Shown here one piece after another: positions 1-13,890 of a stretch of 64,000 nucleotides of DNA; positions within the stretch are counted from its first letter, which is position 1, and every line of letters starts with the position of its first letter. Where the stretch lies: assembly GCF_009914755.1 (NCBI RefSeq), contig NC_060927.1, one strand, 5' to 3'. The position numbers were made by a program, and so were the translations under genes. This DNA comes from the human T2T-CHM13v2.0 reference genome, Homo sapiens. The notes below the pieces were generated by a model. That model made no database searches. It worked only from the letters and a program-made list of their open reading frames with translations, and was not told where the DNA came from.

Positions 1-198
1 TAGATTAATGTACAGTTATGTCACTAAACCAGGATAAAGTTATATACATATATATCTTTGTTTAGGGATCCAGATGCATGGCTGAAAAATAAGGCAATAT
101 TTACAGCAGGTTAGAGTCATGTGATCTTATTTCAATATAGCCATCGTTTTCCTGGAGGTGAAGCGGTTTTACGTGGGGAAAGAGAATATAGTTTTAAA

Positions 199-255
199 GA
201 GCGGGGGGGAGAGACAGAGAGAAACAGAGAAGGAGAGAGAGAAAGAATAGAGAAT
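199..255. repeat. GA-rich low-complexity/simple repeat
   Basis: GAGAGACAGAGAGAAACAGAGAAGGAGAGAGAGAAAG run. Confidence 0.8.
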
Positions 256-749
256 AAATTCTAAGGGAAAGACAAATTTTGAGGACTGAAAAATGAAAGA
301 TTCCACCTAAACTTTTCTCATCCAGAATGTAACCCATTAAAGAAAGATGTCAAATAATGCTTAACAGCCTTTTTTAAAAGCCTCTAGAAAGCCTATGTTA
401 ATCGGACACACTTGTGGTATTGATAGTTTGGTAAGAATCAGTGTCACTGGGTGCAGTTGAAATGCAACGAGAATATCCCAGAAGACACTACATACTAGCA
501 TTTTAAATATCATGAGTAAGCAATAGTTGGTGGTAAATATCTTGGAGTTAGTGCTGGGAAGAACTGACTCAGTAACTATCTATGCAGGAGTAGCAATTCC
601 TTGTCAAGAAAGAAAGAAAAGAAAAAGAAAAGGGGGGATTTACAAAAGAATGGGTTTGAGAGTAGAGAAGGAATTAGAAGAGGACAGTTAGGAAAGAGGA
701 ATCAGAAAACCTATAAAGAAAATTCTCCTATACCAAGGACCTTCTATTC

Positions 750-1950
750 TGAATCCACTCCCTCCTCTTCAGTTAAATGAACTGTTAAAAGACCCAAACC
801 AAAACTGCAGTTACTCAGCCAACAATAACTTGGGAAGTTAGAGCAGATGGCTCCACCTCTCCATCTGATTACAGCACATCCATAACCTCCCCTCAGCTCA
901 CTCTCATAGCAACAGGGGAGGACAGGCACACTGAATGGCTGACACTCAAAGGAGGAGGCTGGCAAAGCCATGGCTCGGGTTTTTAGAGTTCAGGCTGATT
1001 TTACAGGCCTATTAATAACACATATGTTGACCACTCAGTTTTCTGATTTTGGGGAATGGCCTAGAAGCAAGCTGCTTTCCTCACCAAAACCCATTTCTTG
1101 CTGGTATGCCATCAAACATGATTATGTAGCCCAAGGAAAGTTCTACTATTTTAGCTGAAAATATATATCACACATTCCTGAGGTTGTAGAGATCGAAATT
1201 GAGCAGGGAAGAAAATATCAACATTTGTTAAATGCCATGAACTCTTGAGCTATGGTTTCAGTCATTTGGGATGTCTTTCCCATGAAAAGATGAATAATGT
1301 CCAAAGATGAAGGGAAATGCAGTCTTCTCACCAAATCATGATTGGAGCACTGGTTCCATATACAGTTGCCTTTTGGGTCCCATGCAGCGCAAGCTGCAAA
1401 AACCTGCCACAATGCTGGTGGGCAATAGACAGCCAGCTTATTGTGGCTGGAATTGGAAAAGCCAAAGATTTTAATCAGGGTGACCCAAAGCAGTCGGGGG
1501 TGGGGGTGGGTGGTGGTGGTTGATTTCTCCTGGAATGTTGAGTGCAGTCAGGTTCCAATAACTTATCTAAAGGCAACATTCTGGTGACCAACTTGAAGTA
1601 CTTCTCTTATTAGGAAATGACAAAGATTTTCAGAGAGGAAAGAGCCATAACAGTAAGGTGGGATACATAGGTTGTTGATACCAGGGTTTGAAAATATAAG
1701 AAGCCCCCAAACCCAAACATTTAATCAACAATGTGAGTAAGACAATAAGTGACTCTTTCTTCATTCGTGTCAAGGGGCATCAAGGAGTGGTGGAGACTAT
1801 GGCGCAATGGATTACCACCAGAATGCCCTTTCTAAATTGGGTGGCCATAATCATAATTGCCCCAGCCAGTGGGCCTGATGCTACAAAGCTCTTTGCTTTT
1901 TGGGGGAGAAGACAGAATCTAGATTATTATATGGGACCTCCTAAATATTA
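750..1950 (+). mobile_element. Highly decayed non-LTR retrotransposon relic, probably L4/RTE-X-like
   Basis: Frameshifted RT-like motifs in the expected order: YVDH (YADD-like, 1023), a KVL.F-like motif (~1136), EIEQGRKYQHL (IEQV..FKYLG-like, 1195), VETMA...ECPF (C-terminal Cys-His-like, ~1790-1835). Boundaries approximate. Confidence 0.4.
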
Positions 1951-2565
1951 ACTGTTGACAATTAATTCTCTATATTTTTAAAATTAAACACTGAGCAGAC
2001 AAATAAGTACATCTCTTTGCTAATGCACCTTGGAGGCCTTTTTAGGACTTCTGGTTACATTTGGCATGCTTTCCTCTGGACATGTATGCAAAAATATAAG
2101 AGAACCCAGATTAATAGAAAAGCCCCGAATTTGCTGATATAAGGACACAGGGTCAGGCCTCAACTTTGCATTACCGGCTGCACACCCTTGGGCAAGCCCA
2201 TTGTTCACACCCACCCTCTGTCTCCTCATTTTTGAAAGGAGCAGTTATTTGTGTTATATTATCAGTGAGACTAAAAAAACCTCATTGTCACCGACCCCAA
2301 GCTCTGTAATACCAGATATTATTTTGTTGGTCTTTTATTCTACATTTAGAACAAACCATTTAAAAGCAAATATGCCTAGGAAAGATAACAAGGCAACTTC
2401 AATACTAAGTTCCAAGTGTGTAGCAAAGCCTTTGAAAGTGGTTTCAGAAGGAAGAAAGTAATAGGTGGCTGAAGATGAGGGAATGTGACATCATCAGAGG
2501 AATACCAAAGGGTCTCTGAGGGTCCTGAAATCAAACCAACCATACCTTCACAAAGTACCTTAGAG

Positions 2566-2820
2566 CAGCCATCCCCCTCCCAAATGTTATAAGGAATACT
2601 AATTTCCTGTGAATCAGTGTTGAGGAAAATAAAAGTCTGAGAGCCAAGTTAAGTGAATATTGCGACCGCAGGACTTTTCAGAGCCTTTAATTTTGCTTAT
2701 ATGCTGTGTGAATCTATAAAAGGAAGATATAGTATGTTGTATACCTAAGCCTTTGACCATTGGACCTTTGTTTATTTTTAAGAGACTAGCATTTCATCAT
2801 ACACATGTTCAAAAACATTG
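2566..2820 (-). mobile_element. MER103C-like hAT-Charlie non-autonomous DNA transposon
   Basis: GCAGGACTTTTCAGAGCCTTTAAT...GTGAATCT...TAGTATG...TTTGACCA matches the reverse complement of the recalled MER103 consensus. Confidence 0.65.
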
Positions 2821-5800
2821 ATCTATATGAAGAAGGTTGTGATGACTATACTCACTTTTAGCTTCGAACCCCATTTTCCCTCCATGCATTAGATTTTTCA
2901 GGGATTTCTAGGTTTTATTGTGTGTTAGGCCAAAAAAGGCATGCATTAAACATTTTGGTGTTGTTCTTTCCAAGTACATGAAATCAGCATCAGTATAAAC
3001 TTAGCAGCTCAAAATTGTCTCATTCAGTCGTGTCTCTAAACTTCAGTCCTAGAGAGAAATGCCCTTATTTTTATGGCTTTTTAATCCTATCTTTCCAAGT
3101 GCACACTAACTGGATTAAAGCAAGATATTAATAATATTTCTAAAAATAATAATTTATACATAAGCCATGAGCTGGGGCATTTTCCAGGTCTCCCGCAAAT
3201 TTAGACTTAATATAAATCTGAATTGCTTCTTAAAGAAAAGCACATCACTATTATTTTTCACTGTTGGCTTTTATACAAAGCAAGTTCCTGGTCGGAAAAT
3301 ATATATTTTTTAATTTAGATATCTGACATTGACATTAATATAGACATCGGGACGCATTCTAAATGTGATCACCAATGAACATCATAACATGCTTCCAATG
3401 TTATGGTCCTATTTTGTTTGGAATTCCTGAAACTACTATTATAGACATCTGAGTCTTAATTTTGTTTTCCTTTAATTCAACTGATCTTCAAATAGTAAAG
3501 ACTAAGCAAAACTGTTTTTAGCTGTATAGCCAGAATTTTTTGTCCCTAATATTTCAGTTTTTAATAAACAGCCTTCTGTTCTATTGCCTCAATTGTTTTT
3601 GCAGTAATTGTTTAATTTTATTTTATATGTATGCACATAATTACATTATTCATTAATCCACAAGTACCTGGTATTTGTCCATACGTATATTTTCCCATAT
3701 TTATTTTGCAAATGTGAGGCTTTCCATTTAAAAAAAAATAGATTCTGTGAGGGATATGTTTGAAAGGTATTTCATTAAAGTAAGTTGTTTCGTTTTCTAT
3801 TTGTTTGATTTACCATACTCCTCTCTCCAGTAAAAGGAAGCTGAATTTATGTGGGCTTTTTATTAGGTCTAGTGTCATTGTAATCCTTTTCTTTCAATCA
3901 TAATTTTTCCATAGACATGAAAGATTTTGGTAAAACATGCTGAACAGGGTGCTCGCTGTGAAACATGGGTAGCTTTTTCAAAACCTAAAACAGTAAGAGT
4001 ACCCTGAGAATAGAACAAAAGAAATTAAAACGCTAGATATGCCACAGTTGTCTCATGCAGCAGTTAGAAATTTAATTATTTTATCTCGTAGAATAATGTG
4101 CCCTTCAGAAATCATTTTGGACTAGATGTTTCAAACCAATGATCTGTAGTTAATTATCTTTAATAACTGTTGCACATTATGGTTAGATCTATGTTTTTGC
4201 TAAACCAATTAATAATATCTTCATTAGTATAAAGACAAGGTAGCAGGATCCTTTCATTTTTCACATTGAAAGAGTAGATATTTTAAACACTGTAATTTAC
4301 TTTAGCCATACATTCCCAATGATATGACTAATTAATGAAACTTCAAAGACATAACTTCCAAAAAGCTACTTATTTTAAAGTCATTGTTGCGCACTTAATG
4401 ACATTAGGTTGGGGGCATTGCTGACACCCTAACTATCCATGTCCTGGAATTGACTAAATCGTTTAAACCACCAAAATGTTTAATGTTTTTAAAGAAGAAA
4501 GAAAAAAGAAAATTAATTGCATATTATCTCTTTTAAAGACCTGTTGATTATAGAAGAAAAGATTAAAAATGGATAGCCTCTCTTTGTCCTCAGTGGATGG
4601 CATGACCACAGGACAAAAACATTTCCTTTTTAGTTAAAAACATTTGCGGGCCCATAGGGCTTCTGCTGATTGTAAAGAAAAGTAAGATGACAGTGATGGT
4701 GGCTAAGCCCATCTTAGGTTGGCTTTCCCCTTCCTTTTGAGGTGGTGTTGACCCTCATGGAAGGGGCAGCTGCAGCCGGTACACGTTCTCCAGCATGGTT
4801 CATTGTGGTCAATTCACCTCACTCTGATCTTGCTATGATGAAATCCATTCAGATGCATGGCACATTTAGATCAATTATTGAGAAGCCTTGGGCCAAATTT
4901 TGGCTTTTGCTGTCTTTTTAGCTACATGTAGACAGAATTTTTTTTCGGTGGGGTCATGTTACTGCAGATAATTTCTTTGGGTTTTGGAGCATTTCACTCC
5001 CACAGCTATTTCAAAGCAGGAAACATGGTTTTGAAATATTACTTAACACATATTTTAATATACCTAAAAATACTTGATAAGAAGTTTTTCTTGTGAGAAT
5101 TAAATATAGCAAAAACTTAAATTTATTAATACCTCCACCTTGTTAAAATTACTTGAGATGACTTACAGAAATATGCTCATCTGCAGTAAATAAAACTTGG
5201 GCAAAAAGATGAAAGAAAACCTAATATAAGTTCATTCTAGGCTTATTAGCTATTGAACACATGTTAAATGTCATTTATGATAGCAGAGGTGGGCCTGATT
5301 CTGGCCTTGTGGTGCCAAACAGCCAAAGCAAAGAGGGAATTGGCTGCATCCTGAAAGCTAATTCTCCAGAAAACCAGGAACTTCTATTTTTCCAGGCTAA
5401 TCAAATCCAATAAGTTTGACTTTCTATTAATGACATGAAGAACATAATTGTTGAATTAAGAGGAGCATTTCTATTCCTTTGGACAGAAACTTGCTAGGGG
5501 AAATAGAAGATCTCTCATAATTACATATACTGAGTGGTGCAGACTTCTTAAAAGGCAGAAGTAGAAAGTCAGTCATTCAAATACTTTGTATGTCATATGA
5601 CTAAAATCTTATGGGGGTATAAGATAGGATGGAGAAACATAATTAATAGAAGATAATTCAGTGGAACTAATTTTAAAGGCTGGAAATTGGTTGGTGACCT
5701 ATAGGCTTTAGTTCTGGCTATTACCAAAAAAAAAAAAAAAAAACTTCCACAGCTAAATCTTTTACAGATTCTTAAATTTGGAAGTTACCATAGTACTTAT

Positions 5801-6019
5801 ATAGCCTCTGGAAGAAAAAAGCACATAAAGCCAAAAACTGCCCAATTCCATAAAACGTTTGGTGAAATCAGTTGTCAGAATGAATCTGCTTTTTGTTAAT
5901 CTAGTAACTGAAGGCCTTTATGTCCGGAGTCCTTGTTGTGATCTTACTGCAAATGAGGAGAGAGATCAAGTTTTACAAGGAGGAAAGCATTCTATTTATA
6001 ATCTATACACATGTTGAAA

Positions 6020-7125
6020 CCCTTTCTCCATACAGAAGTCAGAGCGATCATGTAAAATTCAAAATTCAGATCCAGCCATGTTACCCTCTATGTTAGTTGG
6101 AGTTTTACCGAGAAATAGAACCAAAAGGATGTATATGTATACATATGTATGAAAAAAGATTTATTTTGAGGAATTGGCCCATGAGATTACGGAGACTGAG
6201 AAATTCCCCAATCTGCCATTTTCAAGCTGGTGACCCGGGAAAGGCAAGGTTGTAATTCGGCCTGAGCCTGAAGGCCTGAGAACCGGAGAAGCAGATGGTG
6301 TAAATCCCATTCTGAGGGCACGAGATGACAAGATGAGATGCTCCAGCTACAACCCTGAGGCAGGAAAGAAGGGATGATTTCCTCCTTCCTTGGCTTTTGG
6401 TTCTGTTTAGACCCTCAGCTGATGGGATGAAGCCCATCTACATTGAAGAGGGCAACCTACTTTACCGAGTCCACTGATTTGAATGCTAACCCCATCCAGA
6501 AATAATGTTTAATCTGGGCACCTTGTGGCACTCAAGATGACATGTAAAACTAACCATCACACTCCCCCAAACTAAATCCCCCAAACTAAAGCCAAAAGAA
6601 GGAACTTTTGGCTTCCTTCTGCCAATAAGGGAAGTACCAATACTTGGCTATCATTTCAAGGCCTGCCAGTATCTCTCTTCTGCCACTTTGGGGTAATCGC
6701 CAACCATGAACACCCTTGCCTGTGTTCTCACCTCCCCATACTGGTCTGTGAGTCTTGCATTGAATCATGCTCTCTCTCAATTTGGGTACTTCTTTCCTGA
6801 GCTTTCCTGTCTTCTTGCTTTACCCAGCTAAGTACCCTATTCATCTATCTGATCTCAACTTAAAAGCCACTTTCCCAGGGACTTCTCTGAGCACCTGCCC
6901 CATAGACCAGCTTAGATCCACTTTTCATATGTCCTCATAGCTCTCTCTACTAATTATCCTCCTCTTTCTTTTTCAAATGTTCCTCAAACATAGAATTAAT
7001 TATTCTTTGCCCTTCTCCTGGCATTATCTCTGTGAAAGTAGAGGCTGCTGATTTCTACATCTGCAGCACCTCAAATGATGCCTAGCACATAGTAGGGCTC
7101 ACTAAATATTCAAAAAATGAATGGT
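6020..7125 (+). mobile_element. L2 LINE 3' fragment, interrupted by an MLT2 LTR
   Basis: Typical L2 3' end ATGCCTAGCACATAGTAGGGCTCACTAAATATT...AATGAATG at ~7075-7123; L2-like sequence on both sides of the MLT2. Confidence 0.65.
6091..6561 (-). mobile_element. MLT2 (ERVL) solo LTR
   Basis: On + strand begins TGTTAG...GAGAAATAGAACC, contains GATTTATTTTGAGGAATTGGC, ends AAAACTAACCATCACA (reverse of the MLT2 TGTGATGGTTA start). Confidence 0.85.
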
Positions 7126-8309
7126 TGTCCCGACTACGGTGTCAACAATTCAGGAACTTTCTCTAGTGAGATACATTGAAACATCTTGGATAGAGGAATA
7201 AAATGAAGTTGTATTTCACTGGACTTAATTTATAGACTTTGGATAAGACAATGTTCATGTTACTATATTAGGAATGAAAACAAACTGACAAGACTTTCTT
7301 TTAGCACATTACTATAATCCCCACTAATCAAGGTACACCAACAAGTTGAACATTTCAAAGACCCTTCTCTACAAGCTAAAAGCTGCAAATGGAAAAAATC
7401 CCCATACATTCCTAAATGAAAAACACAAATCATGATTTTTCTCAGTATTTTTGTTATTCACTCGTCATTTCAGGAAAAAAGGACCTCCTCAATTCACGAC
7501 GTTTAGTGGTTACCCCACCCTGCCTCTATTCTGTAACTGTTTTGTGAAAGATTACACGCAAAAGAGTCGCTATACATTTGCAAATAGCTTTTTAAACCGG
7601 AGCTCTCTCCTGGGAATATGATCCTAATAGGATAGAGACAAGGCTAAGTTGCTGAATGCTGCTGGTCATTATTCTTTTGTTTCAACTCAAAGAAAACATG
7701 CACAAATCTCTAACTAGACTCCCGGGCATGTGTTTTTGCTTACTGCCTAATGTGGTTCTAATAATGCAAACATTCCAGCTAAGTAATGATGACACATCTA
7801 CAGCTATAGATATTAGAAGCCTACGCAAGGGAAACATTTTGGGAAAGACAAAGGAAAAATACTTTCATTTAAATTTTCTTGATGCCATCATATTAGAACT
7901 CATTCCAGGCCCTGTGTTAGCATGAAAAAAAAAAATAGACTCTGAAGAAATATGAACTAAAGAGAAATTCTTTCAGTGTGTGTTTCAGAATTAGCCTCAA
8001 AATGTACTTGATTGAGAGTACATCTCACCTTTGTGGGTGCACATTCAAGAACTGGTAAATAAATTTTGGAAAATTCTTTTTTATTGTATCATTCATGGCT
8101 GAGTCAATGAATATATTTCTTGTGTAAAAACCTATTTTTGTTTAATTTAATCATTTTACAAGAAGTTGGATGCCAGCCTTTCCAGGGATCAACTTTGACT
8201 CGCAGGGAGACTCAGACTCCATCGGATAAGGTGACAGTATTAGATTTGGATTGGTTGCATTTCTCCCATTAGCCAATAGCTGCCATATTACTTCTCTCTT
8301 TCAAAGCCA

Positions 8310-9130
8310 TGTGGTGTGAGTAGAAGTGCTCCTGCTCTTGGGGAATGCTTATGCCAATGTCTTAGTCCATTTGTGTTGCTATAAAGGAATACCAGAGGAT
8401 AGAAAATTTATAAAGAAAACAGGTTTATTTTGCTTATGGTTCTGTAGGCTGTACAAAAGCAAGGCACCAGCATCTGCTTCTGGTGAGGGTTTCAGGCTGT
8501 TTCCACTCATGGTGAAAGTGAAAAAGGAGCCAGCATGTGCAGAGATTACATGGTGAGACAGAAAGCATGAGCAAGAAAGCAGGAGGTGCCAGGGCTCTTC
8601 TTAACAACCAGTTTTTGCAGGAGGTAATAGAATGAGAACTCACTCACCTCCCTTCTTCACCCCCTACCCAGATCCTAGGGAGAGCATTACTCTATTCATG
8701 AGGGATTCATCTCCATAACCCAAACACCTCCCATTAAACCCTATCTTCAACATTTGTGATCAAATCTCAACATGAGACTAGGAGAGGTCAAACAAACCAA
8801 AGTGTAATAGCCAATCAGCATGTCTTTCCCCTAGGCCTCAGTGTTTGGTTAAAGCATAAGAATATGACCTTATTGAGTCCATGAGACATGTCTTCACTGT
8901 TTGCAGACATTGTTGCTGCTAAGAGTGAAATCTCCCCCGAAAATAACATCATCACATGGAAGAGAGTAGAGCCCAGAGAATAGCAGAACAGGGCAGGATG
9001 ATATCTGGATAAGCTTCACCTGACGCCAGTGTTAACTTTGAAATTCTGGTTATTTGAACCAATAAATTCTCCATTAATTTAACCCAGCTTAAGTTGCATT
9101 TACCTATACTTGCAGTGAAAGATTCCTAAA
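8310..9130 (+). mobile_element. Old MLT1 (K/L-type) MaLR LTR, split by an MSTB insertion
   Basis: 3' end AATAAATTCTCC...CCAGCTTAAGTTG...ACTTGCAGTGAAAGATTCCTAA; sequence is continuous across the MSTB TSD. Confidence 0.55.
8358..8809 (-). mobile_element. MSTB-type MaLR solo LTR
   Basis: TGTCTTAGTCCATTTGTGTTGCTATAAAGGAATACC...; 5-bp TSD GCCAA at 8353-8357 and 8810-8814. Confidence 0.9.
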
Positions 9131-9259
9131 AGATATGGGAAGAGAATATCATAAAATTCATTTAGAGTGCAATCCTTAAACTTTGGGGGTTAGGAACTTG
9201 GAAAACTGGCTGCCATCTTTTTTCCAATCCTACATATACCCTAATTTTCTGGTTCCATG

Positions 9260-9860
9260 AAACACCCAGCTACGTCCTTGTTTGTGAAGGTGCTCAGCAG
9301 GCTTCTTCTCATCCTTTAAGACCCAAGTCAAATATCACTTCCCATTTGAAGTTTCCATCAAACCACTCCAGCATGATTCCCTACCCCAGCTTACCAAAAA
9401 CCTTGTCATTATCATGAGCGTGGTGCTTTTCACATAATCACTGAATTGTTTACATTTCTCTTCCTTCTCCTGACCTTTCGGAATAATGATCACTCTGCAT
9501 GGTCACCTACCTTAGGCCAGGAACATTACATGCTTTCGTGCTAAGTCTCTGAATAAACCTGTTTATACAGAAGAGGAAACGAAGGCAGAAAAACAAATGG
9601 CTTCAAATTTTCTCAGAAGTAAAAGATAGCTGAGCCACTTGAATCCTTCCTGATTCCAAAACTACTGCTTTTTTTCTTTCTATCATGAAGGACTGGGTCC
9701 TATTCACTTTTACATTTTTGAAACTTACTCATTGTCTGATGTTAAACTGTAAGCTTCAAACATTCAGTTACCATTCCAGATGCAGCATTATCATAGCCCT
9801 GTTCCAAGTACTATACTCAGCACAGAAAATGCTTTCAATAAAATTTATTGAATGAACCAA
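9260..9860 (+). mobile_element. L2 LINE fragments
   Basis: CTCATCCTTTAAGACCCAAGTCAAATATCACTTCC and 3' end CAATAAAATTTATTGAATGAA. Confidence 0.5.
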
Positions 9861-10059
9861 CTAGTAAATAATAAACATATTTTGCATGTGTTGAATACTC
9901 ACTCCAACATTTTTTAATGGTCTTTTGCGATGTGCCAGAGTACAACTAAACAGCAATGCCAATCACTGAAAAAAATAGGTGATACTGGTTCCTCAGTGGG
10001 ATATCCAGGAAGTATTGAGGCACACAAAGCCATTGGTGCTGCTAGAAGAACCATTGAAA

Positions 10060-10217
10060 GGCTGTGTGATCATGGCTAGTTTACTTACCTGCTCTGAGCC
10101 TTCATTTTCTCATCTGTAAAAAGGAGATGATAATAACACAATCTATTTATTGGTTGTGATGAGGCTATTATGAGAATGCAAGTGAAGTGCATAGCATATA
10201 ATTAACACTCAATAATG
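10060..10217 (+). mobile_element. MIR SINE
   Basis: Core GCTGTGTGATCATGG...CTCTGAGCCTTCATTTTCTCATCTGTAAA. Confidence 0.85.
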
Positions 10218-12755
10218 CGAAAAATAAAAGATCACTATCTTACTGATGATGGCATGAATAACATCTTTGTGAAATAACTTAGAACTGAATTTTTGTTGTA
10301 AAAATAGGGGACCAGTACATTTATCAGTGATCTTAAAACCTTCCCTACTACACCAAAAATGGAATAGGAATTTGGAAAATGACATTTACTTAAGGTTTGT
10401 CATGTTTCAGACCAAGAGAAAAATCAGGAAAATCACTAAACCCTGCTATGTAGCCTATGGAGAGTTGCTTAGTGTTTGGTAAGAATGTGGCATTATATTT
10501 ATTTTATTTTTATTTTTCTGTATCCACTTCTCCTCCCTCAGATCAAAGTATTTTAATAATAAAAAATAAGTAATTTAAATTTTAGATTATTTAGCAAAAT
10601 TTAGATTATGTATTGTTTGGTTTCAGATGGTTTCACTGAAGGTGCTTTCCCGCCAGTGAAAAAAATATGATGATTCAATAGTGGCTATAAAATTATTGAA
10701 AATGGTATTCTAAGTCTTAGAGCCATTTATCTTATTACTTGATATGCTTTAAAATGTTTTTAATTACAAATCTAAATTTGCTTTTTCGATTTTAAATTAA
10801 AATCACCACCCAAAATTCTTAAGCCATCTTTCTCTTAATGGATTGGTCAGACGTTTCTATTATTTATCCAACAGAAGAACAATGGGAAATTAGAAATTAC
10901 AATACATTTGTTAGTGCTTTGTCAACAAGAATTTATGTGGTGTGTTGGAATGCTGAAACATTCTATTATGCTATTTCTGTGATATTGGTAGCTAGGTTTA
11001 AATTAAGCACCTACCTGAACGTTTGTTTGTGATTAGAAATGTGTCCAATGAAAATATATTTTTCATGCCAAAATTCAAGAAGAAGGTGGTTTACACAAGC
11101 ACGTTCTTAGCAGGAAGTCAAGCTGGACTTTTTCAATCCAGCCAAAATCAGAAAGCACTATAAATCTCCCTAGAAAACAAGTTTATAAACTCAAGTTATG
11201 TTTAAATAAACATTCTAAGTTAAAATGCTGGACTGAACCCCAGAATATGTCCAGTTTTTCTTATCACTGCTTCTCCGGTGCTGCATTTAATTCTATGATA
11301 ATTAACTGAGATTTTTAAAATTTTCTTGGAATATCGTGGCAAAATTATGTAGTGCCCATGGAACCCCTTGGATTTAAAAAAAAGTTAGAACATGATTCTG
11401 GTTAAACTCTATTACCGAATATTCAATTTCATTGCATTTCCTCCCATCTCCTGTTTGAGTATGTCAAGAATTTCTTGAACTATAGGGCATAATCACTTGA
11501 AGACTTTATGGATCTCCTTGGGTTAAAAAAATACTTTTTCTGACTAAATTTAAATAATTAATATTTGATTATATCCCACCTCTATCCTGTACCCATTTTT
11601 GTCTGATTCTATTATTGGCCAAGATTCACATATTCACCACCAGCATAAATAAAAACTCAGTTCTTTTAAATTGTCCACAAGGCGGCAGTAAAACATCTTG
11701 CTTCCCCCCAATATCTTGAATTTCCAAGTATTCATTTTCCAAACATTTAGTATTATGTTTCCCTGAATAAAATTAAAAACTATTCTGCCTTTAAATTTCT
11801 ACTTTGCCATTCCAATAGAATGTATTAGTAAATATGAGTTAGTCATGATGAGATACTTAATTTTCTCCTACAATAGATGAGTAGAAATCCTTCAAGTTTT
11901 GCTAACATAGATTGGTTATTTATATTGACAAGCAATACTCCTTTCCTGTTTTTCCGGGTTACAGCGGGCCTCTGTAAATTTTCTGATAAGAGAATTTGTT
12001 TCTGACCAATGCCAATATTAAGCTTGACATCTTGGTTTGTTTTTTTCTCACTAATTGTATTATGGAAAGGCAGCTTCACGGGTGATTTTTCTACTCAGAG
12101 TTTTCAAATGAAATGTAAAATCGGATGTTCCCATTTGTTTAGCAGACACCCTGACAAACCACTGCAGTACAGAAAAATACACTTTTAATAGGTTTTCTTC
12201 ACAAGTGAGAAAACATCTAAAGATAGTCAAAATTGAAGGCTCAGTAGCAGTGCAGTACTCTAGTAGGAATCTCACCCGCAAATGGGTAGCTCCAATTGCT
12301 TTGGTGCTTTCGCTTACATGGTGTGGACCCAAATTGGAGACTACCTTCCATGACCTCATGTGTCAAACCATTGAAGTGTACCTTGGAACACATGCCCCAC
12401 ACAGGAGAAGGGGCGGGGGACCTGGGGGATGGATGACCTTGTACTATTCACTGACTTACTGCTGCCAGAGCAATGGTTGCCCTGAGGGCGAGAAGCTGCC
12501 AAAGGCACCTCTGGCATAATCTGTCATCCCAGTAAATGCCTGCCATTCCTGAGAAAAACATGCAGGTGTGCATGCATTAGAGAAAGAGATAGACAGAGAA
12601 AGAAGGGATGCTTTGGCAAAACAAATTTGAAACACAGGAGATCTAAGCTGCAGTCTTCATGCTGTCTGCATTCCTGTGAAAACTGCACGGAACTTGGCCC
12701 GAGCAAGATTGTGAGATTGAGTCCAGCATTTTGCCAATGCAGGCGTGGCGTGCTA

Positions 12756-12790
12756 GTGTGTGTGCATGTGCCTGTGTGTGTGTGTTTGTG
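12756..12790. repeat. (TG)n imperfect microsatellite
   Basis: GTGTGTGTGCATGTGCCTGTGTGTGTGTGTTTGTG. Confidence 0.75.
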
Positions 12791-13709
12791 ATATCAAAGC
12801 AAATCATTTATGAAGTGTATTCATATGGCAAAATGCAAGACAGTCAGTAATAGTTTCAGTTCTGTCCATTGGTTCGTTTAAGATGCGTACTGCCTAATGC
12901 CATTAGAATTGAACATTGTTTTCCTAGTAATAAAAGACATGAAGTTCTTAGCAATTTGTGCCTTCAGAAGGATGATTTCCTATTTAAAATGCTCTAAAGT
13001 AAAACATACATCACCCACATAGCACTTAATTTTTGAAAATGCATATACTTTTCTAACTAGCTACTCTAGGAAAATGTGCTGAATGATTTAATTTCATATT
13101 AAGGTGCAAATGTGGTACTGGATTTGCGTTGAGACACAAGTGTTTTGCCTCTGAGAGCAAAGCTTTCTGAAAGATTTTCACCACCAGATTCAAAACTACC
13201 GAATTCAACATCTGATAGTAATGACATGATTCTCTCACTTTAAGAAAAGCACATTGATTTTAGACATATTGAAACTCAGAAGTTTTAGAAGTGTGTTTGG
13301 GTTAAGGTTAAGTCGTCCTTGACAGTATTAAAAGAAAGGTTTGAATTGTTGAATAACCACCTTTCACCCATCCTTAATTGTAATTTAAATGACAATATGC
13401 TCTCAATCAATAGCTCTTTGTCACACTGTGAAGATCAAGGGATGAGATTTTACCCCATGAGTTTACAAGGCAAAAGCTCCTTGTTCACATCCCTAAAGAT
13501 GTTACATTAGAATACCTGTTCTCCAACAATTCGTCCTGGATAAAGGCATCTGAGTCACATCTTAAAGGTGTAACATTAGAAAAAGTCAAAACCTTTGTTT
13601 TTGAAATTTGCTCCAAGCTAGATATCACAATAAAAATACCAATTTAAAAAGCTAAATTATTCTTATGTGAATTTGACTAGTTTAACTTTAGTCATTTTGT
13701 TCTCATAGA

Positions 13710-13890
13710 TAATTTCTGTGCATTTGCTGTGTTCTGGGCACTGTGCTAGGCACATTTACATTAAGTTTCTTTATTCTTTGAGGAGTCAACCTCTGAGGTA
13801 GGACCTAGTATTTATCCCCATTGAACAGATGAAACTCAGAGATTGAGTCATGTTCCCTCGTCACACTGCTAGGGAAGGGAGAAGCTTTGA
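13710..13890 (-). mobile_element. MIR SINE
   Basis: GGCACTGTGCTAGGCAC...TATCCCCATTGAACAGATGAAACTCAGAG. Confidence 0.8.

Noticed and set aside
1496-1521. G-quadruplex candidates (also C-rich 16591-16622)
   Set aside because: Only three G3+ tracts at the first site, and no functional context at either
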